Virus record (IMG/VR): IMGVR_UViG_3300047173_000017
Source: a virus
DNA: 54,428 nt
Direction: 5' to 3' (one strand)
A model generated the notes under the pieces. It was not told the origin of the DNA, ran no database searches, and saw only the letters and a program-made list of their open reading frames with translations. Made by a program: the position numbers and the translations under genes. Positions within the stretch are counted from its first letter, which is position 1; every line of letters begins with the position of its first letter. Below, one piece after another: positions 1 through 6,734 of the stretch.

Positions 1-127
1 GCGCGGGCCGCATCCAACCGCTGCAATAGCTGGCGCTTCTCTAGCTCGTGGTATTCGGCTTGGCGGTCCATTGCCGCGCTTAGCGACATGGCATTGGCTT
101 TCCAGTCCGGCTCGCCGGTCGGCGCCA
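1..127. repeat. Terminal direct repeat, copy 1 (identical to 54302..54428); circular-closure overlap
   Basis: Read by eye: bases 1-127 (gcgcgggccgcatccaacc...ggtcggcgcca) recur exactly at 54302-54428. A length of 127 equals a common maximal assembler k-mer. Confidence 0.9.
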
Positions 128-148
128 GCTCGTCTTGGGTCGTGTCTG

Positions 149-358
149 TCATCGTTCTACCTCACCTTCTGGGACGCACCGCATGTGCGCGTCGAGTTTG
201 CGAACCGGCTCACCTTCGGCCGGGTGATTGAAAACGTAGTCGAGATTTTCCTTCGCGCGCTGGCACAAGGCCAGGGTCGCGAAGCGTTTTTGATTCAGCA
301 CCCAGACGCCGCTGGGGTCGTGCCAGGCGATCAACAGGACGAAGATAAGAGTGGTCAT
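149..358 (-). CDS. Hypothetical small protein (69 aa) with hydrophobic N-terminus
   Basis: ORF track. ATG at 358 lies 1 nt after the stop of the upstream gene (360-362). N-terminus is MTTLIFVLLIAW. Member of the co-oriented leftward operon. Confidence 0.55.
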   Translation of the reverse strand: MTTLIFVLLIAWHDPSGVWVLNQKRFATLALCQRAKENLDYVFNHPAEGEPVRKLDAHMRCVPEGEVER

Positions 359-359
359 G

Positions 360-605
360 TCAGCCGCGGACGGTGGTCAGTTCGACCCGGCCGTGCCAGG
401 CGTGGAGAGTCTGGACGCCGCCAAGCTCGACGTGCAAAAAATCCGCAATCTCTTCGTGGTACATGCCGACGGCGGCGCACTGGTGCACCGCGTCCTCGAT
501 CTTCTCGGCCATTATGAAATTCTCTGATTCAATCTGAAGGTCGTACTCGATCGCCTTGCCGTTGTTGACGCAGCGCGCTGCAAACCAGGTCCGGTAAAGG
601 TTCAT
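360..605 (-). CDS. Hypothetical protein (81 aa)
   Basis: ORF track. Its ATG (605-603) overlaps the TGA (604-602) of the upstream gene as ATGA. Non-repetitive composition. Confidence 0.6.
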   Translation of the reverse strand: MNLYRTWFAARCVNNGKAIEYDLQIESENFIMAEKIEDAVHQCAAVGMYHEEIADFLHVELGGVQTLHAWHGRVELTTVRG

Positions 606-1279
606 AGATCAAGGCTCCGTTGTGTGGCGTGTGGGGTCCAGGTCGTCGGGTTCTGAATCGAGTCGAGTGCTTCCGCGTTGCACGCGGCGCAACCCGTGTT
701 GCGCTTCCAGTTCTGCGCGAGGTTCGTGCTGTCCGCAGACGCCAGTGGCCACCGCTCGCCGGCCTGGCCGAGCATCCGCAGGCCGTGAATCCAGGGAAGC
801 CTGGCGTGGCGCTTCGATAGCGCATTGAACGCCTCGTCCATGCGCCGGCACCAGTCGTCGTTGCCGACCTGCCAAAATTCCGCGCTCGAGCCAAAGCAAA
901 CGCGAGGGAATTGATCGGCCAGTTCGAGCAGATAGTCGATGGGCAGGGACAGATGCCAGACCGGAGCGCCGAGGTTTCCGTAAGGCCACCGACTGACCAT
1001 CTGCCGCTGCTCGAAGGCGGACCCGCCGATCACGTCGGGGATGATCGCCCAGTGCGGGTGATGCAGGATCGGGTCGAGCCACTTGATGTAACCGGCTTCG
1101 TCGAATGGCGTGTGCTGAGTGAAGGCGCTGAAGGCGCCGCTGTCGAACATGATCGACGAGGCAATCAGCAGGCAGGTCCGAAGGTCGTCCGGCCTGGCGT
1201 AGCTGACACAGAAGTTCCGGCCGGCGAGGCGAATCAGCTGCTCGCGCGGGGTCAGCGGGGTGCCGTGGTAATGGATCAC
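602..1279 (-). CDS. tRNA-guanine-transglycosylase superfamily / DpdA-like protein (225 aa); function tentative
   Basis: GTG start at 1279. Motif IMFDSGAFSAF resembles the catalytic DSGGFQ loop of TGT-family enzymes, and a later SADSTNLAQNW follows. Size fits short phage DpdA proteins. Assignment from motif memory only. Confidence 0.6.
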   Translation of the reverse strand: MIHYHGTPLTPREQLIRLAGRNFCVSYARPDDLRTCLLIASSIMFDSGAFSAFTQHTPFDEAGYIKWLDPILHHPHWAIIPDVIGGSAFEQRQMVSRWPYGNLGAPVWHLSLPIDYLLELADQFPRVCFGSSAEFWQVGNDDWCRRMDEAFNALSKRHARLPWIHGLRMLGQAGERWPLASADSTNLAQNWKRNTGCAACNAEALDSIQNPTTWTPHATQRSLDL

Positions 1280-1306
1280 AGTGTCAGTCGTAGCAGTGGT
1301 CGAGGA

Positions 1307-1534
1307 TCATCGCGCGAGCATGTCAGGATCGGGCAGCACGGTGACGTCCAGGCCCAGTTTCTCGGCGAGCTCGAGGTCGCGTTCGGTCAGCGTCTTTACC
1401 GCGATGCGGCCGTCGGCCAGGCGCCGCTCGCCGCCGCCGCGCGCAAGCTCGGCGATGATGCGAGCTGGTTCGTTGAGCGGGTAGATTTTCTTCTGGCCGA
1501 ACACGTTTCGGTAGCAGACTTGCATTGAGATCAT
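1307..1534 (-). CDS. Hypothetical protein (75 aa)
   Basis: Internal ATG of ORF 1307..1879. ATG (1534-1532) overlaps the TGA (1533-1531) of the upstream gene. The upstream part of the long ORF is Arg/Pro-rich shadow sequence. Confidence 0.6.
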   Translation of the reverse strand: MISMQVCYRNVFGQKKIYPLNEPARIIAELARGGGERRLADGRIAVKTLTERDLELAEKLGLDVTVLPDPDMLAR

Positions 1535-2133
1535 GCTGTCACCCTGTTGGTTTTTGACAGTCGAGCGACGGCAATCAGCCAGTCGCGAAAAGGTATCGGG
1601 GTCGCGGCGCGCTCCGGTCGCGTGACTTCCGGGCGCCAGCCAGGCTCCCCTTTCTTCAGCCGACCGCCGCCATTGCGCCGGCCGGAGTTCGTTATCAGGT
1701 GGGTCGACGGGCCGATGCTCAACGGAATCACCGGCAAGTCGTTCGGCTCGACGCCGACGATGTAGATCCATGTCGGTTTGCGCGCGCGGTGGCCGACCCA
1801 GTTCTGATCTATCGGCATCGTCCAGCCACCGAAGCGGTCGCGCCCCTCGCCAGGCCGAGGCATGTTGCACGCCTTCCATAGCTTAGAAAACGCGGGATGC
1901 TCGAGCGCGCCGCCGCAGATGCGGACGCACGCGACGGCGTGGATCGCCAGGTCCTTCTCGGATTCCGGCGCGGTCGATAGGTGCGACATCGCGCCCCACA
2001 AGCGGCACGGCGGGTGCGCGACGACCGGATACCGGCCGTGGTAGTTCCTGGCGTCGCGCACCGCGTCCCACGGGTCGACGTCGGGCAGGCCGAAGTAGCA
2101 CCCGCCCGTGTTGACGTAGAGCGCAGCGATCAT
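1531..2133 (-). CDS. Miniature DNA C5-methyltransferase-like protein (200 aa); function tentative
   Basis: ATG 2133 overlaps the upstream stop (ATGA). Ordered motifs: LYVNTGG (I-like), DPWDAVRDARNY (II-like), HPPCRLWGAMS (IV-like PC), ALEHPAFS (VI, ENV-like), GHRARKPTWIYIVG (VIII, RxR-like), TRPERAATPIPFRDW (IX-like). Confidence 0.6.
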   Translation of the reverse strand: MIAALYVNTGGCYFGLPDVDPWDAVRDARNYHGRYPVVAHPPCRLWGAMSHLSTAPESEKDLAIHAVACVRICGGALEHPAFSKLWKACNMPRPGEGRDRFGGWTMPIDQNWVGHRARKPTWIYIVGVEPNDLPVIPLSIGPSTHLITNSGRRNGGGRLKKGEPGWRPEVTRPERAATPIPFRDWLIAVARLSKTNRVTA

Positions 2134-2321
2134 CGCGGCTGCAGTTCGTCGGACGTCCCGAGCGCGTCGAGCAGCCGCGCGAAGCGGTCCGAGCGGCCGA
2201 GGTCCTTGTACGGGACCAGGCCTCGAGCGGACCGCCAGACAAGCCAGCGGTGGTTGTCGCACCACACGATGACCTGCCACTGGCCCATGTGGATCTCGGA
2301 CGCTGCGCCGATGCTTACCAT
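2130..2321 (-). CDS. Hypothetical protein (63 aa)
   Basis: Internal ATG of ORF 2130..2615, overlapping the stop of the upstream gene by 7 nt. An alternative ATG lies at 2288. Confidence 0.5.
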   Translation of the reverse strand: MVSIGAASEIHMGQWQVIVWCDNHRWLVWRSARGLVPYKDLGRSDRFARLLDALGTSDELQPR

Positions 2322-2527
2322 GCTGCTGCGTCGAGGATCGCTTGCGCGAGCCTGGCGGCGTCCTGGCGGCGAACGAAGATGACGGCGCGCTGGCGGTGCT
2401 CGTTCGGCTGAACCCGGCCGCGCGTGACTTCCAGCTGGATGCACTCGGCCGTCGCCGGCATGGTCCTGATGCGCGTCGAGTCCGCGCTGAGCGCCGCGAT
2501 CTCGCGGCCGATGGTCACGGTCTGCAT
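2315..2527 (-). CDS. Hypothetical protein (70 aa)
   Basis: Internal ATG of ORF 2315..2707. TAATG overlap with the upstream gene at 2527-2529. Confidence 0.55.
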   Translation of the reverse strand: MQTVTIGREIAALSADSTRIRTMPATAECIQLEVTRGRVQPNEHRQRAVIFVRRQDAARLAQAILDAAAW

Positions 2528-2661
2528 TACTTGCCTCCGATGTGGATGGTTGGTGGGACGCCGTCGTCGGGGTCGCCCTGGTCGACGGTGATGGCGCCGG
2601 TCTGCAGGCCGGCAAGGACGAACGCGGCGCCGATCAGGGCGCAGATGAGGTAGCGGATCAT
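2527..2661 (-). CDS. Small hydrophobic protein (44 aa, MIRYLICALIGAAFVLAGL...)
   Basis: AGGAG sits 7 nt upstream of ATG 2661. ATGA overlap with the upstream micro-ORF. One signal-peptide or TM-like segment. Confidence 0.5.
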   Translation of the reverse strand: MIRYLICALIGAAFVLAGLQTGAITVDQGDPDDGVPPTIHIGGK

Positions 2662-2837
2662 TTGCCGGCTCCTGGTGCGTTGTGGGGCGCGGTGTAGTGG
2701 GCCGCATTCAGTGGCGCCGAGGGCGCGTTGCGGTTGACGTAGATCAGCGCGGCGCAATAGGCCAGCGTCACGATGATCGCGATAGCGGTCGACCGGCGGC
2801 TTCCGGTTTTGGGTACGCCGTAGCGGTCCTCGTTCAT
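2658..2837 (-). CDS. Small single-pass membrane protein (59 aa), not in the supplied ORF track
   Basis: Hand translation: MNEDRYGVPKTGSRRSTAIAIIVTLAYCAALIYVNRNAPSAPLNAAHYTAPHNAPGAGK. ATGA overlaps at both ends (2834-2837 and 2658-2661). Confidence 0.5.
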   Translation of the reverse strand: MNEDRYGVPKTGSRRSTAIAIIVTLAYCAALIYVNRNAPSAPLNAAHYTAPHNAPGAGK

Positions 2838-3004
2838 GGCCGCACCAGCCGGATGCGGCTGCAGTGCTGGCAGACGAAGGTCGGGATCGCGTCGCGCAGG
2901 TTCTTGCCGTCATCCATCCTGCCGCCGGCAAGCGACTTCGGCTGCGCGCACCGCGCGCACCGCAGCAGCAGGCCGCGGATCGAGCAAAGCGTTGGGGTCA
3001 TCAT
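2834..3004 (-). CDS. Small zinc-ribbon-like protein (56 aa), first gene of the leftward operon
   Basis: ATG ATG at 3004/3001 with GAGG 5 nt upstream. Cys pairs CARC and CQHC. Confidence 0.6.
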   Translation of the reverse strand: MMTPTLCSIRGLLLRCARCAQPKSLAGGRMDDGKNLRDAIPTFVCQHCSRIRLVRP

Positions 3005-3044
3005 TGTTGCCTCACTGGTTGTACTACTGGTTGCACCAGGGGTA

Positions 3045-3073
3045 AATGTATGCCCGCTTGCGCCGTTTGTCAA
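3045..3073 (-). promoter_or_regulatory. Candidate sigma70-type leftward early promoter
   Basis: On the minus strand: TTGACA (3073-3068), a 17-nt spacer, then TACATT (3050-3045). It lies about 40 nt upstream of the first leftward gene, in the only AT-rich gap between the divergent blocks. Confidence 0.4.
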
Positions 3074-3086
3074 ATTAATCTACAGT
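3058..3086 (+). promoter_or_regulatory. Weak candidate rightward early promoter
   Basis: TTGCGC (3058-3063), 17-nt spacer, TACAGT (3081-3086). This would give a nearly leaderless transcript for the ATG at 3093. Poor -35 match. Confidence 0.2.
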
Positions 3087-3092
3087 ATTTTC

Positions 3093-3299
3093 ATGGATGA
3101 CCTGCCGACGCTTTCTCCGGACGACCTGGTGCGCCGCTGCGGTGGCCGGCGTCGCGACGTGATTGCCGTGTTTGCCAGTTTCGACGAGCCTCTGACGCGC
3201 GCGGCGCTGTCGCACTGGTTCCGTAAGACCGGCGCCGTGCCGGCGCAGCGGGTGCGGCAGCTGCGGCGCAACCGGCCGGACATCCTCGAGGGGCTGTAA
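3093..3299 (+). CDS. Cro/YdaS-like helix-turn-helix regulator (68 aa)
   Basis: Internal ATG of ORF 2682..3299 directly after the AT-rich gap. The segment TRAALSHWFRKTGAVPAQRVRQL resembles the YdaS/Cro HTH. First rightward gene. Confidence 0.6.
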   Translation: MDDLPTLSPDDLVRRCGGRRRDVIAVFASFDEPLTRAALSHWFRKTGAVPAQRVRQLRRNRPDILEGL

Positions 3300-3496
3300 T
3301 GGGCGACGTCGGCGAGCTATTCAACGCGGTGCGCGAGCACCGGCGCGACATGCGCGCCAAGCACGGCGTGCCGTGTCCGGACTGCCAGGCGAAGCTGCCG
3401 CGCGCCAACCCGTCGATCCTGCTGCCAGGCCAGCGGTGCCGGATTCACGGCTACCGGGACCCGCGGCCTTTCGTTCACCTGGGGGATCTCAAATGA
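3299..3496 (+). CDS. Hypothetical Cys-containing protein (65 aa)
   Basis: ORF track. TAATG overlap at the start, ATGA overlap at the end. CPDC motif. Confidence 0.55.
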   Translation: MGDVGELFNAVREHRRDMRAKHGVPCPDCQAKLPRANPSILLPGQRCRIHGYRDPRPFVHLGDLK

Positions 3497-3972
3497 GTTT
3501 CGAGGACCTGACGATCCGCGAGCAGCTGCAGGCCACCGGCCTGTCCGAGCTCAAGCTGGTGCCGACCTACCTGCACGACGACGAGGACCCGCCGCGCATC
3601 GACCTGGGGTTTTGGTCGTGCGTGTTCAAGTTCCCGAACGATCGAGCGATCCAGGTCCAGATGGAAGCCCCGGTTCACCCGATGTCGCCGCGCGACGTCA
3701 TGGATGCGGTCGGCCATATTCACCATTCAGTCGTCGAGCAGGTTCACCACGGCTGGATGGGCAAGGACGGCCGGTTCGAGCCTGCGATGCCCGACATGCT
3801 GTGGCACGTCAACAATGGGCGGGTGGTCGAGTGGCTAGATCGGCATATCCGGATCTGGCTGGTGGCGCGCATCGAGGGCGCTCGCGCGCTGGCCGAGCGG
3901 CGCAGCCTCGAGGACGCGCTGGCCGAGGCCGAGTGGCGTTCGGATACCGGCGTGAAGCCGACCCTGCAGTGA
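3493..3972 (+). CDS. Hypothetical protein (159 aa)
   Basis: Internal ATG (MSFEDLTIRE...) of ORF 3373..3972, coupled to the upstream stop by ATGA. Confidence 0.7.
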   Translation: MSFEDLTIREQLQATGLSELKLVPTYLHDDEDPPRIDLGFWSCVFKFPNDRAIQVQMEAPVHPMSPRDVMDAVGHIHHSVVEQVHHGWMGKDGRFEPAMPDMLWHVNNGRVVEWLDRHIRIWLVARIEGARALAERRSLEDALAEAEWRSDTGVKPTLQ

Positions 3973-4102
3973 CTACAATGCCGGCGGTCCAGCGCAATTG
4001 CGCGCGCCGACGTGGCGCTGGCCGCGGCCCATTCATCGTGGCCGTCCGAGCCTCACCGGATGGCGCGCGCCTGGCGCGCATCGGCGTAACCAGGCTCCAA
4101 TA

Positions 4103-4696
4103 ATGCCGCGCGCGTCCCGAGTCGACCCGCGTCGCGAGACGTTCTGCCGGCTGTACCTGAAGTATTTTGGTCTGCCGGGTGCGGGCAAGCGCGCTGCCCA
4201 AGAGGCGAAGTACAGCCTGAAGAACACGGGCATCGCCGGCTACCTGCTCGCTCAGCCCTGGATTCAGAACCGAATCAACCAGCTCATGCTCGAGGGGTTC
4301 GCGCGCGATGCGATGACCCCGCAGGAGATCGTCGCGCGCATCGCCAGGCTGGCCAGGCGTGACGTCCGGGCGCTGTTCACCGCGCAGGGCGACCATATCC
4401 TGCCGCACCAGCTGGACCCGGACATCGCCGGCGCGATCGTCGGCCTGGACACAGAGCTCAACTTCGGCGCCGACGGCGCGCCACCGACCGCGGTGCGGAA
4501 GTACCGGCTGGTCAATCCATTGCCTGCGCTTCGGGCGCTGGCCGAGATCCAGGGGATGCTCGAGCCGGCATACGAGGGGCGAGGACAAGGCCTGGGCGAT
4601 CGGCTGCAGCGCGCTCGCGCCAGGATCAGGGACGCGCAGCGCGATGCTGTCGCGATCGAGGGAACCTCCAAGGAAAAGCCAGATGGAAAGCATTGA
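4103..4696 (+). CDS. terS: Terminase small subunit (Terminase_2-like)
   Basis: Starts at MPRASRVD. Pattern RRETFCRLYL...AAQEAKYS...GYLLAQPWIQNRINQLM...TPQEIVARIARLARRDVRALF...LPALRALAEIQGML follows the conserved layout of PF03592-type small terminases. Confidence 0.75.
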   Translation: MPRASRVDPRRETFCRLYLKYFGLPGAGKRAAQEAKYSLKNTGIAGYLLAQPWIQNRINQLMLEGFARDAMTPQEIVARIARLARRDVRALFTAQGDHILPHQLDPDIAGAIVGLDTELNFGADGAPPTAVRKYRLVNPLPALRALAEIQGMLEPAYEGRGQGLGDRLQRARARIRDAQRDAVAIEGTSKEKPDGKH

Positions 4697-4973
4697 AGCG
4701 GTCCAGCCTGCCAACGCGCTCGACCACGAAGAGCGCGACCGCGCCTTCACCGCCAGGCTGCGCGAGCTCATCAAGGCGCATACCGGCCGCGACGACCATT
4801 TCGTTCTGCTCTACTGGCAACCGATGCGCCACGGTCATCGGTACGTGGCCAGCTGCGACCCGCGAGAGCTCAAGGCGCTGGCGACCTGGATCTACAGCGA
4901 TCTCGCGCCCGAGCTCGAGGCGAAGATCCGGATTGGCGGCGTGATGCTGGTGCCTGACGGGACGGTGCGATGA
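4683..4973 (+). CDS. Hypothetical protein (96 aa)
   Basis: Internal ATG (MESIEAV...) of ORF 4359..4973. 14-nt overlap with terS. Confidence 0.6.
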   Translation: MESIEAVQPANALDHEERDRAFTARLRELIKAHTGRDDHFVLLYWQPMRHGHRYVASCDPRELKALATWIYSDLAPELEAKIRIGGVMLVPDGTVR

Positions 4974-5059
4974 ACGCGCTGCTGTGGCTGGTGATGATCG
5001 TTGGCGTGTTCGGCTTCATTGCTTACATTCTCGACAAGATTCTGGGGCCACCGCGATGA
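4970..5059 (+). CDS. Micro-ORF, 29-aa hydrophobic peptide (MNALLWLVMIVGVFGFIAYILDKILGPPR), not in the ORF track
   Basis: Hand translation. ATGA overlaps with both neighbours (4970-4973 and 5056-5059). Confidence 0.4.
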   Translation: MNALLWLVMIVGVFGFIAYILDKILGPPR

Positions 5060-5346
5060 CCTACGAGGTCATTCGCACGCGCGACGGCGTGATGGGCCTG
5101 GTCGACACGACCGGCAAGAATTACCCCCGCTGCACCTGTGGCGGGTTATCGACGCATGGTTGCGACTGGAATGGGTGCGAGGCGCAGCTGTGCGATTTCT
5201 GCCGGGTGCCGTTCGGCCCGGACCTGGACCTGTGTCCGCGGCATGAGCGGATTCGGGTGGAGCTATCCAATGAAGGGCAAACCGAGGGAACCAACGATGG
5301 AACGAGGGATTCTGGGCGCGGTGCTGGGCCTGGGGATGCGGCCTAG
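5056..5346 (+). CDS. Cys-rich (zinc-binding-like) small protein (96 aa)
   Basis: Internal ATG (MTYEVIRTRDG...). Cys-rich segment: CTCGGLSTHGCDWNGCEAQLCDFC...CPRH. Confidence 0.6.
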   Translation: MTYEVIRTRDGVMGLVDTTGKNYPRCTCGGLSTHGCDWNGCEAQLCDFCRVPFGPDLDLCPRHERIRVELSNEGQTEGTNDGTRDSGRGAGPGDAA

Positions 5347-5743
5347 CCTGCTGAAGCTACCGCCAGGCAATGTCGGGACGCTGCTGTGGCAGCTGCAGTC
5401 GGACGAGGTCGGGGTGCGGATCGTCGACCAGCTGTGGGAGTTCAGTGGCCAGCTTGATGAGCTGGTGCTTGACGGGGTCGTCGCCGGGCCGAATCGGGTG
5501 GACGAGGTCTGGACGATGGACGGGAATTACAATCTCGTCGACCGCTCGTTCGTGGGCGCCGGCTTCACGGTGCGGCGGTACGGCAAGGATTTCGTGCCGC
5601 GGTTCAGCCCGGCCGATCCTAAGATCCTCATCCTGCCGGCCTGCACGCGCGCCTCGATCGTCGTCAACAGTGGCCGCGCGATCCGGTTCGACATCAATGT
5701 GCGCGGGATTCAGGAACACGACTTCAGGGGGATGCGCGCATGA
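5297..5743 (+). CDS. Hypothetical protein (148 aa); start ambiguous
   Basis: ORF 5138..5743. Candidate starts at 5270 (GGAG upstream), 5297 (GAGGGA upstream) and 5336. All overlap the previous gene. Confidence 0.55.
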   Translation: MERGILGAVLGLGMRPSLLKLPPGNVGTLLWQLQSDEVGVRIVDQLWEFSGQLDELVLDGVVAGPNRVDEVWTMDGNYNLVDRSFVGAGFTVRRYGKDFVPRFSPADPKILILPACTRASIVVNSGRAIRFDINVRGIQEHDFRGMRA

Positions 5744-5937
5744 TGCCGATTCCTCTGTCCGACCTGGTCTGCGGCATCTGCAACCGCCGGTTCGAGTTCG
5801 GGGAAGAGGCGATCGTGCGCCCGGTCCTGGTTCGCACCGGCCGTGAATCCCGCCCGTGGGTCACGGAATTGACCCCGCAAGCCGACATCGTGCACTCGGA
5901 CTGCATGGGGGTGCCTCTTGCCAACATCGGGCCGTAG
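5740..5937 (+). CDS. Hypothetical small protein (65 aa) with CGIC...HSDC
   Basis: ORF track. ATGA overlap at the start. Confidence 0.55.
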   Translation: MMPIPLSDLVCGICNRRFEFGEEAIVRPVLVRTGRESRPWVTELTPQADIVHSDCMGVPLANIGP

Positions 5938-6388
5938 TCGAATCCTGCTGTCCGACCTGCCGCTCGCCGCACGGGACCAGGCACTCAGCCGCGCCGGCGC
6001 CGTGCGCGAGGCCCGGAAAATCCCGCAGCCGGTCAACCGCACGCTCGAGACGAAGTTCCGGCTGGCCTGCGTCGCGCACGGTCTGCCGGCGCCGGCCGAG
6101 CAATTCCAGGTCCACGAAAGCCGGAAGTGGCAGTGGGATTTCGCCTGGCCGTGGTTGCGGATCTGCGTGGATCTGGACGGCGGCATCTACACCGGCGGGG
6201 CGCATAGCCGCGGTGCGCGAATCGAGAAGGACCACGAAAAGCGCAACGCGGCGGCTGCTGACGGCTGGACGGTTCTTCTGTTCGGCCCGAAAGCCGTTAC
6301 CAGCGCCTCGTTCGTCGAGGTCCTGCGCCTGGCAATGACCATGCGCCGCGAAGGCCGGTTCGCTACTGGTCCAGCCAGGGGTCCCTAA
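5918..6388 (+). CDS. Vsr/DUF559-like (restriction-endonuclease-fold) nuclease
   Basis: TTG start. WQWDFAWPWLRICVDLDGGIYTGGAHSRGARIEKDHEKRNAAAADGWTVLLF matches the D...D/E-x-K core layout of DUF559/Vsr-type endonucleases. Confidence 0.65.
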   Translation: MPTSGRSRILLSDLPLAARDQALSRAGAVREARKIPQPVNRTLETKFRLACVAHGLPAPAEQFQVHESRKWQWDFAWPWLRICVDLDGGIYTGGAHSRGARIEKDHEKRNAAAADGWTVLLFGPKAVTSASFVEVLRLAMTMRREGRFATGPARGP

Positions 6389-6642
6389 TGCACTGGTCTG
6401 ACCTTAAGCCGGGGATAGTCTGGATCGCAACGATCAACAATCGGCGTCGTATCCTGCACTTCGGCGGGGGCTGGCGCGGTCGCGTCTCATACGTGACCGA
6501 AGGCGGCGCCATCCGCTACTGCAACGGCCGAACGTTCGTTCGGTGGATTGCCGAATGGCAGGCGATTCCAGCCACGCCAGCGCCAGGCAGGAAGCCAGCG
6601 GCACCAGGTTCGCGACGTACCAAAGCACCTTCAGCCAAGTGA
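6388..6642 (+). CDS. Hypothetical protein (84 aa)
   Basis: ORF track. TAATG overlap with the upstream gene. Confidence 0.6.
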   Translation: MHWSDLKPGIVWIATINNRRRILHFGGGWRGRVSYVTEGGAIRYCNGRTFVRWIAEWQAIPATPAPGRKPAAPGSRRTKAPSAK

Positions 6643-6734
6643 CCATCCACGTCTCCCGTTTGCCGGGTATCGTGGGCCATATAACGCAATGACGCTATGA
6701 TCCTTCAGGACTAGCGCAACCGAGGATTCAGAGA

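Noticed and set aside
1-127. The 127-bp repeat as a biological direct terminal repeat or a cos-type end
   Set aside because: The length matches a standard maximal k-mer, and the repeat cuts through a coding sequence. Without read data it is most simply an assembly closure artefact. This is flagged for checking rather than asserted.
71-517. Plus-strand ORF of 148 aa at the left end, with other plus-strand ORFs between 529 and 3000
   Set aside because: Arg-rich shadow translations opposite a continuous chain of coupled minus-strand genes.
6643-6734. Middle promoter in the gap before the DUF1376 gene (TTGCCG ... TATAAC)
   Set aside because: The spacer between the best -35 and -10 candidates is only 14 nt, and an alternative TATGAT has no credible -35. 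Not supportable from sequence alone.
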